Source: Eledone cirrhosa
Taxonomy: Eukaryota
DNA length: 64,000 bases
NCBI GenBank assembly: GCA_964016885.1
Contig: OZ024747.1
Coordinates: 67,270,001 to 67,334,000, forward strand
Reading direction: 5' to 3'
Shown: positions 43,104 through 56,095 of the stretch, in pieces
Layout: the number at the start of each line of letters is the position of its first letter
Position numbering within the stretch: the first letter of the stretch is position 1
Position numbers and translations under genes: made by a program
Notes under the pieces: model-generated
What the model was told of the DNA's origin: nothing
The model's input: only the letters and a program-made list of their open reading frames with translations
Databases searched by the model: none

Positions 43104-44339
43104 ATAATCCAAGCTGGGTTTATAAGCCCTGAGAGACGATTTCAGGTGGTATGGTATCAAAGGAGTTCAGGCATGGCTAAAGTACACGGCTGTTCCTATT
43201 TTAGCTTTATATTAATATTTTATATCATAGAATCAGATGCATGCTGTTTCAAGCGGTTTGGTATTAGGAATGCTATGACATGTCTTAAATACACAGATGT
43301 TCCTAGTTTGTATATATCTAGTATCGTAGAAACAGAGGTAATTTCGACCGGTTTGCTATTAAAATGGTTAAGACGTGTCTTAAGTACACAGATATTCCTA
43401 TTTTTGATGTATTTCAATATAATGCAGTATTTTATTTTATATTTGATTCCACTGTATTTTATTGGGGGTGGGGGTAATCATTACTTTTGGCAAATTTCAA
43501 CTTGTTGAAAGAAATGTGGAAATCTAAAGTAGAAACCATAACTGAAACAAAATCAAGTTATATAAGAGAAATAGCTGAGAGTTCGATTGGTCATCGATAT
43601 ATAATTTATTTTCTTGATATATTTTGTCAATGGTGGTGGTAGTGCTATCTTTCATTTTTTTCTTTTTCTTTTTTTGGATGGGGGGGGGGGGGGGTTGAGG
43701 TAGTGATGTTGATGTTGTTGCTGCTGGTGGGTTGCTGTGTTTTTCCTTGTTGGTGGTGGTGGTGATGATATTGTTGTTGGTGGCAGTGATAAGGTTGTTG
43801 TTTGTGGCGGTGGCGATGATGACAGTGATGGTCGTAATGTCTGTCTGTTTGAGTTATGTGTGTTGATTGTATATGAAATATGTCTCTGTAGTTTATCAAT
43901 GTCTCAACAGAACAGTTGATGTTTGGAGATTTGCCAAAGCCGGATGATCCAAAACTGGCCTCTTGTCTATCTTAATTATCCAAACTAACCATGCATAGAT
44001 TTACACCTTTTTACACCAAACTAGGAATACTAAAGCCAAAGTTAAACCTATCATATGTGGAACAGTGTAAAGACATTTGGGCTAAACTAGCCTTTTGCCT
44101 GTCACAATTATCTAAACTAACCATATAGAAATTTACAGCTTCCTTCTATAACAAACAGGGAATATTTTAACGCAATGATTTTTGTTTTGTTTTTTTCTTT
44201 TTTGGACGATCGACAAGATCCCTGGCCTCATTCGCTTACTGTGTGGAGTGGAACTCATTAAACCGGACCAAGAAAACAATGTTTCCATTGGCTCCGAAAT
44301 GCCGGATTTTTCAACACTATCTCTTCATTGCCATGGGAG

Positions 44340-44655
44340 GGGTCACTCTAGCTCCATATTTCCATACTGTGTCACTGAAGCTCCAAGTTCTATAGTGTGC
44401 CACCCTATCTCCCCAGTGCCATAGTGTGACACCCTATCTTCAAAGTGCCATATTTTCCTACACTATCTCCCTATTGCCCTACTGCCATATCCTAGTTCCA
44501 TATTTCCATACTGTGTCACTGAAGCTCCCCAGTTCCATACTGTGCCACTGAAGCTCCTCAGTGCCATAGTTCGGCACCCTAGCTCCGAAGTGCCGTATTT
44601 TTTTCCACCATTACCATATTTTATCATCCTATGTTCCCAGTGCCATGCTGTCACT
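44340..44655. repeat. Degenerate ~23-bp tandem repeat (ccatactgtgtcactgaagctcc-like)
   Basis: Direct reading. Confidence 0.6.
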
Positions 44656-44896
44656 TAACAGAATCCTAAGACGATGACGATGATGATGATGTTGATGGTG
44701 ATGATGATGTTGTGGATAATGACGAAGATGATGATGGTGGTGATGATAATGATGATGGGGATGATGATTAATTTGATGACAATGATGATGATTAATTTGA
44801 TGACAATGAGAATTATTTACTCACCAGTTCATTCTCCTTTGGAGACATACACTCACAAAGAGCATAGGTTTTTACACCATCTCCCTTCCTCCCTTT

Positions 44897-44999
<103 letters not shown>

Positions 45000-45611
45000 T
45001 CATACAAAGCTTTGTAAAAAGTTGAAACACTGATTTTTTTTTTTTTTTTTTTCGCTTAGAATTTTCACCATCCACCTTCCTTCGTTTTAACTCACGAATG
45101 GACTGACACACGGACGGACACGGTTCGACTTTTATTTATATAGAAATAGTCTTTCGAGAGAAACGATTCGCTTGTTAATAAGAAGAGTTGAAATTAACGC
45201 TTACAAAATTTCACAGTTCTAGCATCATTCGTTCATACTCACCCTATGAACGTTTCAGCCAAACCTCGTAAATACCTGACTGAAATGAAATAAGATCTGA
45301 GATCGATGTAAATGTAGTACCACAGTACGGTCATAGTTCTATGTAAAATCAGTAAAAACATAGGAGTGGGGGGGGGTGAATTTGAACAGGGAACCTACTA
45401 ATTCAATAGTTCACTTGGACTATTAAGAATACCATTTCAGCTTCTGCAATAAACCACAAAAGCTGTTTGCTATGCGTATGCGCGTGCGTGTGAGAGAGAG
45501 AAAGAGAGAAAGGGAGAGAGAGGGGGTAGGAGAGAGATAGAAAGAGAGTTATAAGACTTGCAGATTTATTTCGCCCCGTTTAACAATACTGTAATGCGAA
45601 TATTTATATAT

Positions 45612-45696
<85 letters not shown>

Positions 45697-46220
45697 GAGA
45701 AAACAATTAAAGGAAACTAATTTTTTTCCAAATTTCGTTACAAAAATTCCTGGAAAAGGAAAGAAAAGAGAATAATTTCAATATTTTCTTCCCATTTAGA
45801 ATAATTGAATCTGGGTATTTTATAGCACTGGACCAAATCTCTGATTAGAGAGACTGACATCAATGTAAAATCTCTCTCTATATATATATGAATGAAAATG
45901 AAACAAAGTGAAGAATATTAATCCAACTATTTCGTTGAATGTAGCTTATTAAACGCAACTAATCTTTATATATTTAATTTATTTATCTATGCAATTATTT
46001 ATTGATCTATTTAGTTTTATAAAGCGCAAAGCATTGTAATCATGTTGTTCGGCTCACAAACGTTAGGTCGAGAATTCGATTCTCAGAACGAGTGATGCTT
46101 TGTGACCGTGAGCAAGACTATTTATTTCATGTTCACAACTGGAAAAAAATTAGTTGCGACGTCACTGGTGCCGATTTGTAACGAAGTATCCCTTTCTCTT
46201 TGCACATCATATATAATGGA

Positions 46221-46593
46221 CGAGGGCAATCCCAAAAGTAAGGTCTCCTTCCGATATTGCAACTTTTCCGTTAAAATCCTGTGGATGGTGCTTCGGGAAA
46301 CCTCAGGAACCAAAATGTAGAGAGCATCCAGAGTGATCCGCCGAACTTTACGCATGTTTTCCTCGGAAGGAGACCTTACTTTTGGGATTGCTCTCTATAT
46401 AATAACTGCGCGAAATTCGCACTTGGCGGTAGTGTTCAACGGGAGCTCCATTCTCAACGGCTGCCAAGCCAAGATTGAGCATCCTTGTTTGGGAGTGAAG
46501 GAAGCACCAATCACAAGTGTTGCCAACAGCCGTACGAACAGTTTCTCTGCGTCCCCATCGCTTTGGAGACCTTACTTTTGGGATTACCCTCGT
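46221..46593 (-). mobile_element. Mariner-derived deleted element(s) with three TIR copies and transposase fragments
   Basis: TIR cgagggcaatcccaaaagtaaggtctcc at 46221-46248, inverted copies at ~46369-46397 and ~46565-46593; peptides KCEFRAVI and RRITLDAL..VSRSTIHRILTEKLQYRK. Confidence 0.8.
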
Positions 46594-46657
46594 TATAACA
46601 TATATAAAGTATAAATATAGTGTGTATATATAGAGTATATATATAATGAATAGTGAA

Positions 46658-46790
46658 GGTGCGTGGCTGAGTGGTTAGAGAATTGGATTCGCAATCGTGA
46701 GGTTGTGAGTTCGATTCCCGGACCGGGCGATGCGTTATGTCCTTCAGCAAGACACTTTATTTCACGTTGCTCCTTCTACTTGGAGTTGCA
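46658..46790 (+). mobile_element. tRNA-derived CORE-type SINE (octopus OR2-like); degraded copy ~46040-46190
   Basis: A box tggctgagtgg, B box gagttcgattccc, then gtccttcagcaagacactttatttcacgttgctcc. Confidence 0.75.
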
Positions 46791-47869
46791 ACCGGTAGAT
46801 AGTATTTGCAATTGGAAAGACCAATGGAAACATTGTTTCCTCGGTCTGATTTGACGAAAGTCGATCGAATGTCGATATATAATGAATATATTGAATATAT
46901 AAGAGTTGTGAGGCGCTTTGCCTTTGCTTTTCTGTTGGACAACATCGGTGACACCGAGTGGGTTGACTGGTGTACATAGGTGACTGCTAGTCTTCCACAA
47001 AACATCCTGCCAAGGCTTCCGCCTTGGAGATACACTTTCCAGATGCTAACCTGTGTTCAGTCTCGGCAGAAAGGGGCGTTTTTATTTGTTTATTTATTCA
47101 TTCATTTATTTATATATATTATTTAGTAATGTACACTACGCTGTTGCTTGATTTTCATAACGAAAAGACAACACAACTACGAGCATTTTTGCAGCGTTTA
47201 GCCATGCAAACCACATGTCAAGCTTCACTATTTACTCCTATCGTCTGCATGCCCCCTCACCAATAACACGACTTTCATTCCCTCTTCTATCATCTTTACC
47301 TATGCCTTTATTGGTCTTCCCCGTTCTTTAATATATAACCCAGTCATCTAGTTTCATTTCTCTCCGCAACATTCTTCACTAACTCTATTCAAACTCATCC
47401 AGACTTTCATCCTTCTTAAACATATGACACAACCTTCTCCTTCCATTTCCCTTCAGAACATTCATCACTGCTAATATTCGGATGATCCTTGCCGTCTTAG
47501 GTAATAATTATTTCTAGATCTAAGTATATCTGTCAATGTTTATCATTTGACAAATTGTGCTGCCATCTAACGGTAGTAAGGTTTAGTCGTAAAGCATGAA
47601 ATACGTAATTCGTAATGTTTATGTTTTATTTTCGATTTTATTTCTGTGTGTGTGTGCGCGTCCGTGCGCCTATGTATTCCATTTATTTATTCCGGAATTT
47701 CCATGTCTATGTATATTATTATTATTGTTATCATTAACAGAGAAGATGTTTAGATTAATTTGTGATGCCTCAAATAATTATACCTTTTGCATTTCAACTA
47801 TATATATATATGAAATGCAAAAGTATCATTATTTGTGGCATCATAAATTAAACTAACACGTATATACAG

Positions 47870-47993
<124 letters not shown>

Positions 47994-48594
47994 GGTTTTA
48001 ACGTGAACTTAAAGTAAATATGACTACTGCTTTGCTTTTTAATTAGATGCCTCTGTTGTGAAATGAAAATATTTCTAACTATTCTTTTGCAGTTTAGACA
48101 TTATTATAGTGAATAACTACTCCGAATTGTCCATACACGAAGGGGTGCTGTTATAGCAATAAAATTATGAGTAACATCGTTGGTAAAATAATGGGTTGTA
48201 GGAGAGATCTTTTTAAAATGTTATCTCTGGGGTAAAATGGTGGATTAAGTACAGGATTATAGGGAGGATGGTGCGTAAAATAAAGTATTATTTTGTGGGT
48301 AATATGTAGAGTAAAGTAGAGATTATGGACAAATTGAATCACGGGTAAATTGGTACGTTCGTGGCTAAGAGAAAATCAGTTTGAACAGCCGGATTTGTCA
48401 CCAGAGATCGGGAGAGGAAGGATCGACTAAGTTCTTGACAATATATCAACCACAAAAGTTTACAGTTGATATGAGCATACGCTGATGATAATAATAGCGC
48501 AACGGATTCTATCCGACATTCTAATGACTCTGCAAATTCGCCATCTGTATGTGCGTGTGTATGGATGATTGTATATATACAACACACACACACT

Positions 48595-48659
<65 letters not shown>

Positions 48660-48726
48660 AGAGAGCGAGAGAGAGAGAGAGGGGGGGTGGGGAATTTACA
48701 GAGTCCTTAGAACGTCGTATATATAT

Positions 48727-48804
<78 letters not shown>

Positions 48805-48879
48805 CGTGTGTGTGTGTGTATGTGTGTGTGTGTGTGAAAAATAGACCGAAAAACACACAACAGACGATGAAGTTCAATA

Positions 48880-49145
48880 AAGAAAAATAGTTTATAACTT
48901 TGCCTATTAATCCGTATGGTGAGCAAATGGGGTTCCACGGGCTGACCTCCCCCACAGCCCCCGTGGACAGGATTTAGAAGGCGTTTCCCCGGAGGATGGT
49001 AAGGGAGATGCGCCAATCCAACTCGCGAGGCTCACACCTGTGGCTGGCTACCTCAGCGCCTATGGTGGTGAATAGGGCCAAGGACACCAGAAGTCTCCAC
49101 TGCCAAGGGCACGACGGCGAACCCGTCGGAGAGCGACCGGTGCTT
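48880..49145 (-). mobile_element. CRE-clade non-LTR retrotransposon 3' remnant
   Basis: Minus-strand peptides FAVVPLAVETSGVLGP and RISLTILRGNAF*ILSTG. Confidence 0.7.
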
Positions 49146-49159
49146 AATATAGTCGGAAA

Positions 49160-49520
49160 AGTATTAACGTTTCGGACGCTAATCCTTCATCAGAAAACTG
49201 AATGAGAAATTAAAGAAGAAATTTAAAAAAATAGAGGAGAGTGAGCAGGGGCAGAAATGAAAAGAATTCTTCCAGAAAAAGCAGGTCTATTCATTCCGCC
49301 ATCTCATAGAAACTATTGTGTAGGAGCGTTTATGTTGTAGGAAGTTCAGTTGACCGTCTTTTGAAAGGCAGTGATCAAAGGCGTCTATATCGCACTGAAA
49401 AGGAAAAATTCCATTTATATTTGAGCCCCGTGAGGTGGAGTGGCTGTTCCAGCACGTCTTCCTCGCCGTCCCCCGGGGCAATGCATTCTCCATCCTGTCG
49501 GCATATATTGACTGCCGTTT
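49160..49520 (-). mobile_element. Probable Penelope-like 3' remnant ending in a minimal hammerhead
   Basis: CTGATGA-aGGAT tagc GTCC-GAAA-CGTTA at 49165-49193(-); weak frameshifted P.GLN-like motif upstream. Confidence 0.5.
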
Positions 49521-49605
49521 AGTGTGTAAGTGTGTGTTGAGCGGGTGCGTGCATGTGTGTGTTTGTTGATTGTCATACGAAGCTGCCTCTCTCTCTTTTT
49601 CCCTG

Positions 49606-49637
<32 letters not shown>

Positions 49638-49648
49638 ACTCTCTCTCA

Positions 49649-49686
<38 letters not shown>

Positions 49687-49867
49687 CTTTCTATCTTTCT
49701 CTCCACCTGTTTACCTAGAAACCTACATACCCATCTACCTATCTACTTATCTATAGGGCCTGGCTGACTGTCTATCTATAGCTATATATTTATGTATATT
49801 TACCAATTTATCTGTATTCTGAGAAGAACAACAATAACGATAAAACACGTTTCCCAATAGCAATATG

Positions 49868-49920
<53 letters not shown>

Positions 49921-49928
49921 TGATAGAT

Positions 49929-50294
49929 TGTTTCTTTATTAACCACAGGGGCACAAAAGAAGGGGACAAATACAAAGGGAGAAGTTTACATACAATAAAA
50001 ACGTGTAAAATACTATCACAAATGCAATTTAAAAATTAATCGATTTTCCCCAATAGGGGGAGACATTACATGTGGGTACACATACCCCCGAAAAATGTGC
50101 AACCCTTATCTCCAGGAGTACGAAGAGTGAGTACCCCTTTCCTCTCTTCCTCTTTTTCCTCAACCTACAAGCTGATATAGAGAGAAGGCCCATTCACTCG
50201 GGCCATTCTCGACACTTTCACCCACCTTTCATAAAACTTGCTGGGGTACAGCACCTCTCTCTCCATCCTGATTATTCTTCCAAAGTGGTATTTG
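49929..50294 (-). mobile_element. 5'-truncated Tx1-clade LINE, related to 1-1590; (TCTA)n at its 3' end, (TTC)n at its 5' junction
   Basis: KYHFGRIIRMEREVLYPSKFYERWVKVSRMARVNGPSLYISL matches the C-terminus of ORF 3-1307; homologous UTR. Confidence 0.9.
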
Positions 50295-50589
50295 AGAAGA
50301 AGAAGAAGAAGAAGAAGAAGAAGAAGAAGAAGAAGAAGAAGAAGAAGAAGAAGAAGAAGAAGAAGAAGAAGAAGAAGAAGAAGAAGAAGAAGAAGAAGAA
50401 GAAGAAGAAGAAGAAGAAGAAGAAGAAGAAGAAGAAGATGGGGGGGAAGAAGAAGAAGAAGAAGAAGAAGAAGAAGAAGAAGAAGAAGAAGAAGAAGAAG
50501 AAGAAGGGGGGAGGAGGAGACGGGGGAGAAGGGAGGGGGGAGAAGAAGAAGAAGAAGAAGAAGAAGAAGAAGAAGAAGAAGAAGAAGAA
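50295..50589. repeat. (GAA)n microsatellite
   Basis: Direct reading. Confidence 0.95.
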
Positions 50590-51014
50590 GATATCTGTTG
50601 ATGAGAGGCAGTGGTTGTAGTAACGTTAGTTTTGTGAACAATGCAAATATTTTGACATTGCTATTTTTCCGTCAGGTGAAATTAAAATCACATGATTGGA
50701 AATATTCACGTTAAACAATGTTGGCTTCGTTATTCTTATATAAGATATAAAAATACGCATATACATGTGTGTGTATGTGCGTGCGTGTGTGCTTTTATAC
50801 GTGTGTGTGTGTTGGTGTGTATACGTATTCTAATAGTGACTGGGGGACATCCACAATTAACAATGATGTCGTTAATATCTCTAGTTATACTCTTCCATAG
50901 CTTAGATTTTTTTTGCCATTTAATGCTTTATGTGTGATAGAAGAAGTTGATTGGAGGAATCTTTAGAACCTTGCAGATAATACTGTTCTACAGAATTTAG
51001 TTACGCCTCTTTAC

Positions 51015-51330
51015 ATTCTGAGTTCAAATCCCGTCGAGCTTAGCTTTACAGGTTTGATAAAATAAAGTACCAGTAACGTACTAGGATTTGATTTAATTGT
51101 TGATTTTGAGCCTAAATCAGAAACCATTATATTTTTTCATCTGTGGATTGACAGTATCGGTAGAGGGTCTGACGCCATACTTTGCTGCAAAGAGTTACGG
51201 CCCTTTATGGTCTGAGTTCAAATCCCGCCGAGTTTAACTTTGCCTTTCATCTTTACAGGGTTGATAAAATAAAGTACCAGTAACGTACTGGAGTTGATTT
51301 AATAGTTGACGTTGTGCCTAAATCAGAAAC
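51015..51330 (+). mobile_element. Two tandem partial Meta-type SINE copies
   Basis: Repeated ctgagttcaaatcccg...ataaaataaagtaccagtaacgtact...cctaaatcagaaac. Confidence 0.7.
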
Positions 51331-51515
51331 TTTTTTTTTTTTCATCTATACATAAAGTATCTATCAAGTGATGGAATAGTCATAATGGGAATGTCTTTGT
51401 TCACAAGGCGTGTCGATCACCACTGACCTAGGGCTAAACAACAACAGCAACGAAGATCGACAATTATTTATCGCACGATAAATAATTGTCGATCTTCGTT
51501 GTGAACAAAGTCATA

Positions 51516-51710
51516 GGGTGGTGGATTGGCAGTATCGGTAGAGCGTCGGACGCCATGCTTTGCAGCAAAGAGTTACGGCCCTTTATGGTCTGAGTTCAAA
51601 TCCCACCGAGGTTAACTTTGCCTTTCATCCTTACGGGGGTCGATAAAATAAAGTACCAGTAATACACTGGGATAATTGCTGGCCTTGTGCCAAAAGTAGA
51701 AACAATTATT
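51516..51710 (+). mobile_element. Full-length Meta-type tRNA-derived SINE
   Basis: tggcagtatcggtagagcg (A box), gagttcaaatccc (B box), ttgcctttcatccttacgggggtcgataaaataaagtaccag core, (TTA) tail. Confidence 0.85.
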
Positions 51711-52307
51711 TATTGTATGATAAGATTAGCAAACAGAGATTAATAACCAAAGATTAACAATAACAACAACATATGGGAAAACTGTAACCTATCATTTTCC
51801 CTCACCAACCAAATATCCACCAACACTTCCCTCCATTTTTCCTCTTCTCTAACTCCGCGTCGCTATCGTCCCTTCTCCCTCCTCCTCCTCACCCTCCTCC
51901 TCACCCTCCTCCTCCTCCTCCTCCTCTCACAGAAGACATCCTCGATCTAATAAAGTGACCAGTATCTAATCTCCTGTGTTGGTGATTTGACATGGATTTT
52001 TGCAGCCTGATACACACATAGTTACATATACACACACTCATACGCGCACACACATGCATACGCACGCGCACACACACATGTACACACATGCGCATACACG
52101 CACACACATACGCACACACACACACACATTCATCACAGTCATACACACAAATACATACTTAAATGCACGCACGCACAGGCATAGGCCCATACATACACTC
52201 TTACATAGATACATACATACATACATACATACATACATACATACATACATACATACATACATACATACACTCATACATACATACATTCATACATACATAC
52301 ACACATA

Positions 52308-52375
52308 TTGGGTCGTCAAGTATGAAATTTGTAGAAATGTGTTGTTTTTCTACAAATTCATACTTGACGACCCAA
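52308..52375. mobile_element. 68-bp palindromic mariner-type MITE with TA duplication; second copy begins at 63977
   Basis: TA|ttgggtcgtcaagtatgaaatttgtagaaa...tttctacaaattcatacttgacgacccaa|TA. Confidence 0.7.
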
Positions 52376-52464
52376 TACATACATACATACGTACATACAT
52401 ACATACATACATACATACATACATACATACATACATACATACATACATACATACATACATACAT

Positions 52465-53435
52465 TAGAATAGCGACTGATCTGGAGGAGAGATATGGAAT
52501 AAAGCCTGATATAAATCTCTCACCCAGAGAAATCGGAAGATCCTATACAATGTTCAAACAAGATAAAAAAATTGACCAATTTACAGAAAAAGTTGTGCAT
52601 GGATACTTGAGGCGTAAAACACAGACCATAGAGGGGATAAACCACTCAAAAAGTCTGGCATGGAGTTCCGACAAGTTTATGACATCACACCTTGAGGGAT
52701 ATCTCTATGCAATACAGGAACAAGAACTCCCTACCAAATATCTGCTGCACAAAAGAGGAGGGCCAGCAGCTGACAATAAATGTAAGCTATGTAATACAAA
52801 GATCGAGGATGTAAGCCAGATTGTTGCCAGCTGCGAAAGAATGTCATCTCGCTACTACCTCCCCATGAGACACGATGGGATAGCTAGAACCATCTGGAAC
52901 GTACTTCGGAAAACAAAATTAACAACAAACGAGGAAGAATATATTGAGACAGATGGCACTAAGGAATACTGGTGGAACCTGAAAATAAAAACTGCCACCA
53001 AATTAAAGCACAACCGGCCTGATATTGTTGTTTGGGACCACACATTGAAAACGTGTTCTGTTGTGGAGATGAGCTGCCCACTTGATGTAAACGTTGTCAG
53101 AAAAATACAGGAGAAGGAGGACATCTACGGACCATTGATGAGGAGTTTACAAATCCAGTATCCAAGATATACCTTTAGCTTCATACCCATCATTATTGGA
53201 GCTACGGGTTATATACCAACCCGCTTGGACCAAAGTATGACTGAACTTGGATTTGCGGACAAAAAGCGCAGCTCCGTAATTCATAGTCTACAAATGGCTG
53301 CGATAGCTGGCACCTTCAAAATTTGCAAAACATTCTGCGATTCAAGGGATGACAATTTCTTTTCTTTTACAACCTTGCCACCAGGAAGGTGGCCGGTCAA
53401 AAAAAATGTACTCAAAATTAAGAGAAAGAGATAAA
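52465..53435 (+). mobile_element. 5'-truncated R4/Dong-like RLE retrotransposon, near-identical to 5257-6128, flanked by (TACA)n
   Basis: CKLCNTKIEDVSQIVASC, RHD, HNRPDIVVWD, EMSCPLD; 1-bp deletion near 53336. Confidence 0.9.
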
Positions 53436-53504
53436 CATACATTCATACATACATACAGAGAAAAATGCATATAGATACACACACATATATAGACATACAT
53501 ATAT

Positions 53505-53586
<82 letters not shown>

Positions 53587-54221
53587 GCGCATACATGCGT
53601 ATATACATCCTTTAACCATTTCACTTATTTCAATAATAGTTTGTTTGAGGTTTTTGTCTGTGTTGCATGGAATATGTTTTTTTCTAATACAATCTTCTTT
53701 CATCACGCTGTTAGACTAAATGTTTTAGGGTTTATTTTGTCTCTGTAGTTAGTTGAAGGATGTTTATATTTAAGATAAACAAGGAGAAGGTGGAACCGGC
53801 TTATTACGTAGTGTGGTTGTGGTCGCTGCAGATGATAATAGTTTTATTATACAGAAACTATGTAATATGACAGTTGCAGCTTGATAATGACTGTCTTCCG
53901 CATTTGGTGGCTGATTCAGTCCATGGTTGGTTTGTGAAATTGAGAATCCAGGTCGGGGGTTGGTTTAGCAGTATTTTCTGAGAGGTTTCTTTGCGGGTTA
54001 AGGCAATCAAAGGTCTTGTTTATATACACACATACACACATATATGTATACACACACCTACATACACACATCGTTAAATAATCGTCAGCTATAATTCTCT
54101 GTGCATACATATACATAAACATATACACACACACATATACATACACACGCATATGCACACTTAAACACACACGTACACGCTCACAAACACACACACACAC
54201 AGACACACACACACACACACA

Positions 54222-54266
<45 letters not shown>

Positions 54267-55679
54267 TATGGTGGAGGTATTGGGGCTGGTCGTGGTGGTG
54301 GTAATGGTGGTGGTCGTGGTAGTGGTAGACGTGATGGTGGTGGTAGTGTTAATGGTGATGATGATGATGATGATGATGATGTTAGTGATCTCAGAGCAGT
54401 TGTTGCTATAACAACAATATTCACATAAAACATTGCATTTCCCTTATTTTATTTCCTTCATATTGTTGTTAATGGTGTTGTTGATAATGATGTTGCTGTT
54501 ACTATTGCTGTTCTTGTTGTTGAGGATGTCGTTATTATTGTTTTTGCTGTTATTGTTGTTTCAGTTGTTTTTGGTGTCGTCGTCGTCGTTGTTGTTGTTG
54601 TTCATATCATTGTTTTTGTTGGTGATGCAGTAGATAATATTGGTGTTTTTAATGATATTGCTTCCTCTACTACTCTAACAGCAGTAACGTCATCATCGTC
54701 ATCAATAACACCAACAGCAGCAACAACAAAAACAACAAAAGCAACATAATCATCAAAATCATCATAACCAACAACATTCAAATACCACTTCCTCTGACCG
54801 GAAGAGTGTTGCTCTTTCTGGCAGCTGATAGTATTGGCAGATAGTATAAGCAATTGAAAGACCAATGGAAACATAAGTCTCCTTGGTCAGATCAGACGTT
54901 GCGACCAGCATATAAGCAATGGAAAGACCAATGGAAACATAATGTTGCACAGATCTAATGATCAGTTCCTTTCTCCCGCCAGTTTTTGAGACCGGCAGAT
55001 AGTTTCATCATTAAAATGACCAGTGGGAATACAATTTTTTTGGTCAGATCTGAGTTCCTATTTTCTGTCAAGAATTACGAACGACAGATAGTATCAGCAA
55101 TGGAACGATCAATAGAATTATTGTTTCCTTGGTTAGATCTATTAATCAGTTTATTTTTTCTGCCAGAAGTTTCTACCGACAGATAGTACCACTTATGAAA
55201 AAAACAATGAGAACATAAGTTAAGTGATCTGATCTGTCGATTAATATCTTTTATTTCCTAATCACTCTTATAACAATTTATACTTTGATTTTGAAATAAT
55301 TTTAGACCTCATCCATGAAAAAAACCACCCTGTTAATAGTTTAAATTCATTATCTGAGACTGCGCAACATCTAGTCAGCATCTGGTCAGCTGTCTCAATC
55401 ATCTTGCTCTTCAATCGTTACTACAACTAGCAGAAAAACCACCCTCCGGGTGGTTTCCTGCTAGCATCTGTAGTGTGCATATTGATATTATACATCAAAT
55501 AAAATCGGAATTGACAATATATAATACATAGAAATTGAACGAAGACTGCGTTACACTATCTTATTTAATCAGTAACGTAATCCATGATACATTTAAAAAG
55601 ACGATATTATATATAAACTGCATTAGGAGAAAATTAGTATGTTTATTTAAGCGATGGCCAACCGGAAGTGTTGACATTT

Positions 55680-56049
55680 CAGAAAAAAAGATCGTGCCTG
55701 ATTGTAGATGTAACCTGCCCATTTGACACGAGAGTGCAAGAAAAGGAGAGGGAGAAAATTAACCGATACCAGGACTTAAAGTGGGAGGTAAAAAGGATTT
55801 GGAACTGCCATGAAGTCAGAGTCGTCCCGATTGTCATAGGTGCACTAGGTACTATCTCAAAGAGTTTCCAGGGATGGTTAAAGAAAATTAGTCCAGCCCC
55901 GCTTTTTGGAACACTTCAAAAGGCATGCTTGCTGGGAACAGCAAGAACCCTCCGATACGTCCTGAATATCTGAGGCTGTAGGTAGTGGTTTGATATTCAT
56001 TTCAACAAACTTTCCAGTTAAATAACATCAATGACTGAAACTCAAAGAA
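55680..56049 (+). mobile_element. 3' end of an R4/Dong-clade element followed by (TAA)n
   Basis: CLIVDVTCPFD..EKINRYQDL..VVPIVIGALG..LQKACLLGTARTLR. Confidence 0.85.
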
Positions 56050-56050
56050 C

Positions 56051-56095
<45 letters not shown>

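Noticed and set aside
46658-46730. tRNA gene
   Set aside because: A and B boxes are present, but the sequence continues into a CORE-type SINE body and lacks a proper acceptor stem.
50072-50714. Poly-Lys, poly-Arg and poly-Leu ORFs
   Set aside because: (GAA)n microsatellite. Only the short Tx1 C-terminal piece is real coding remnant.
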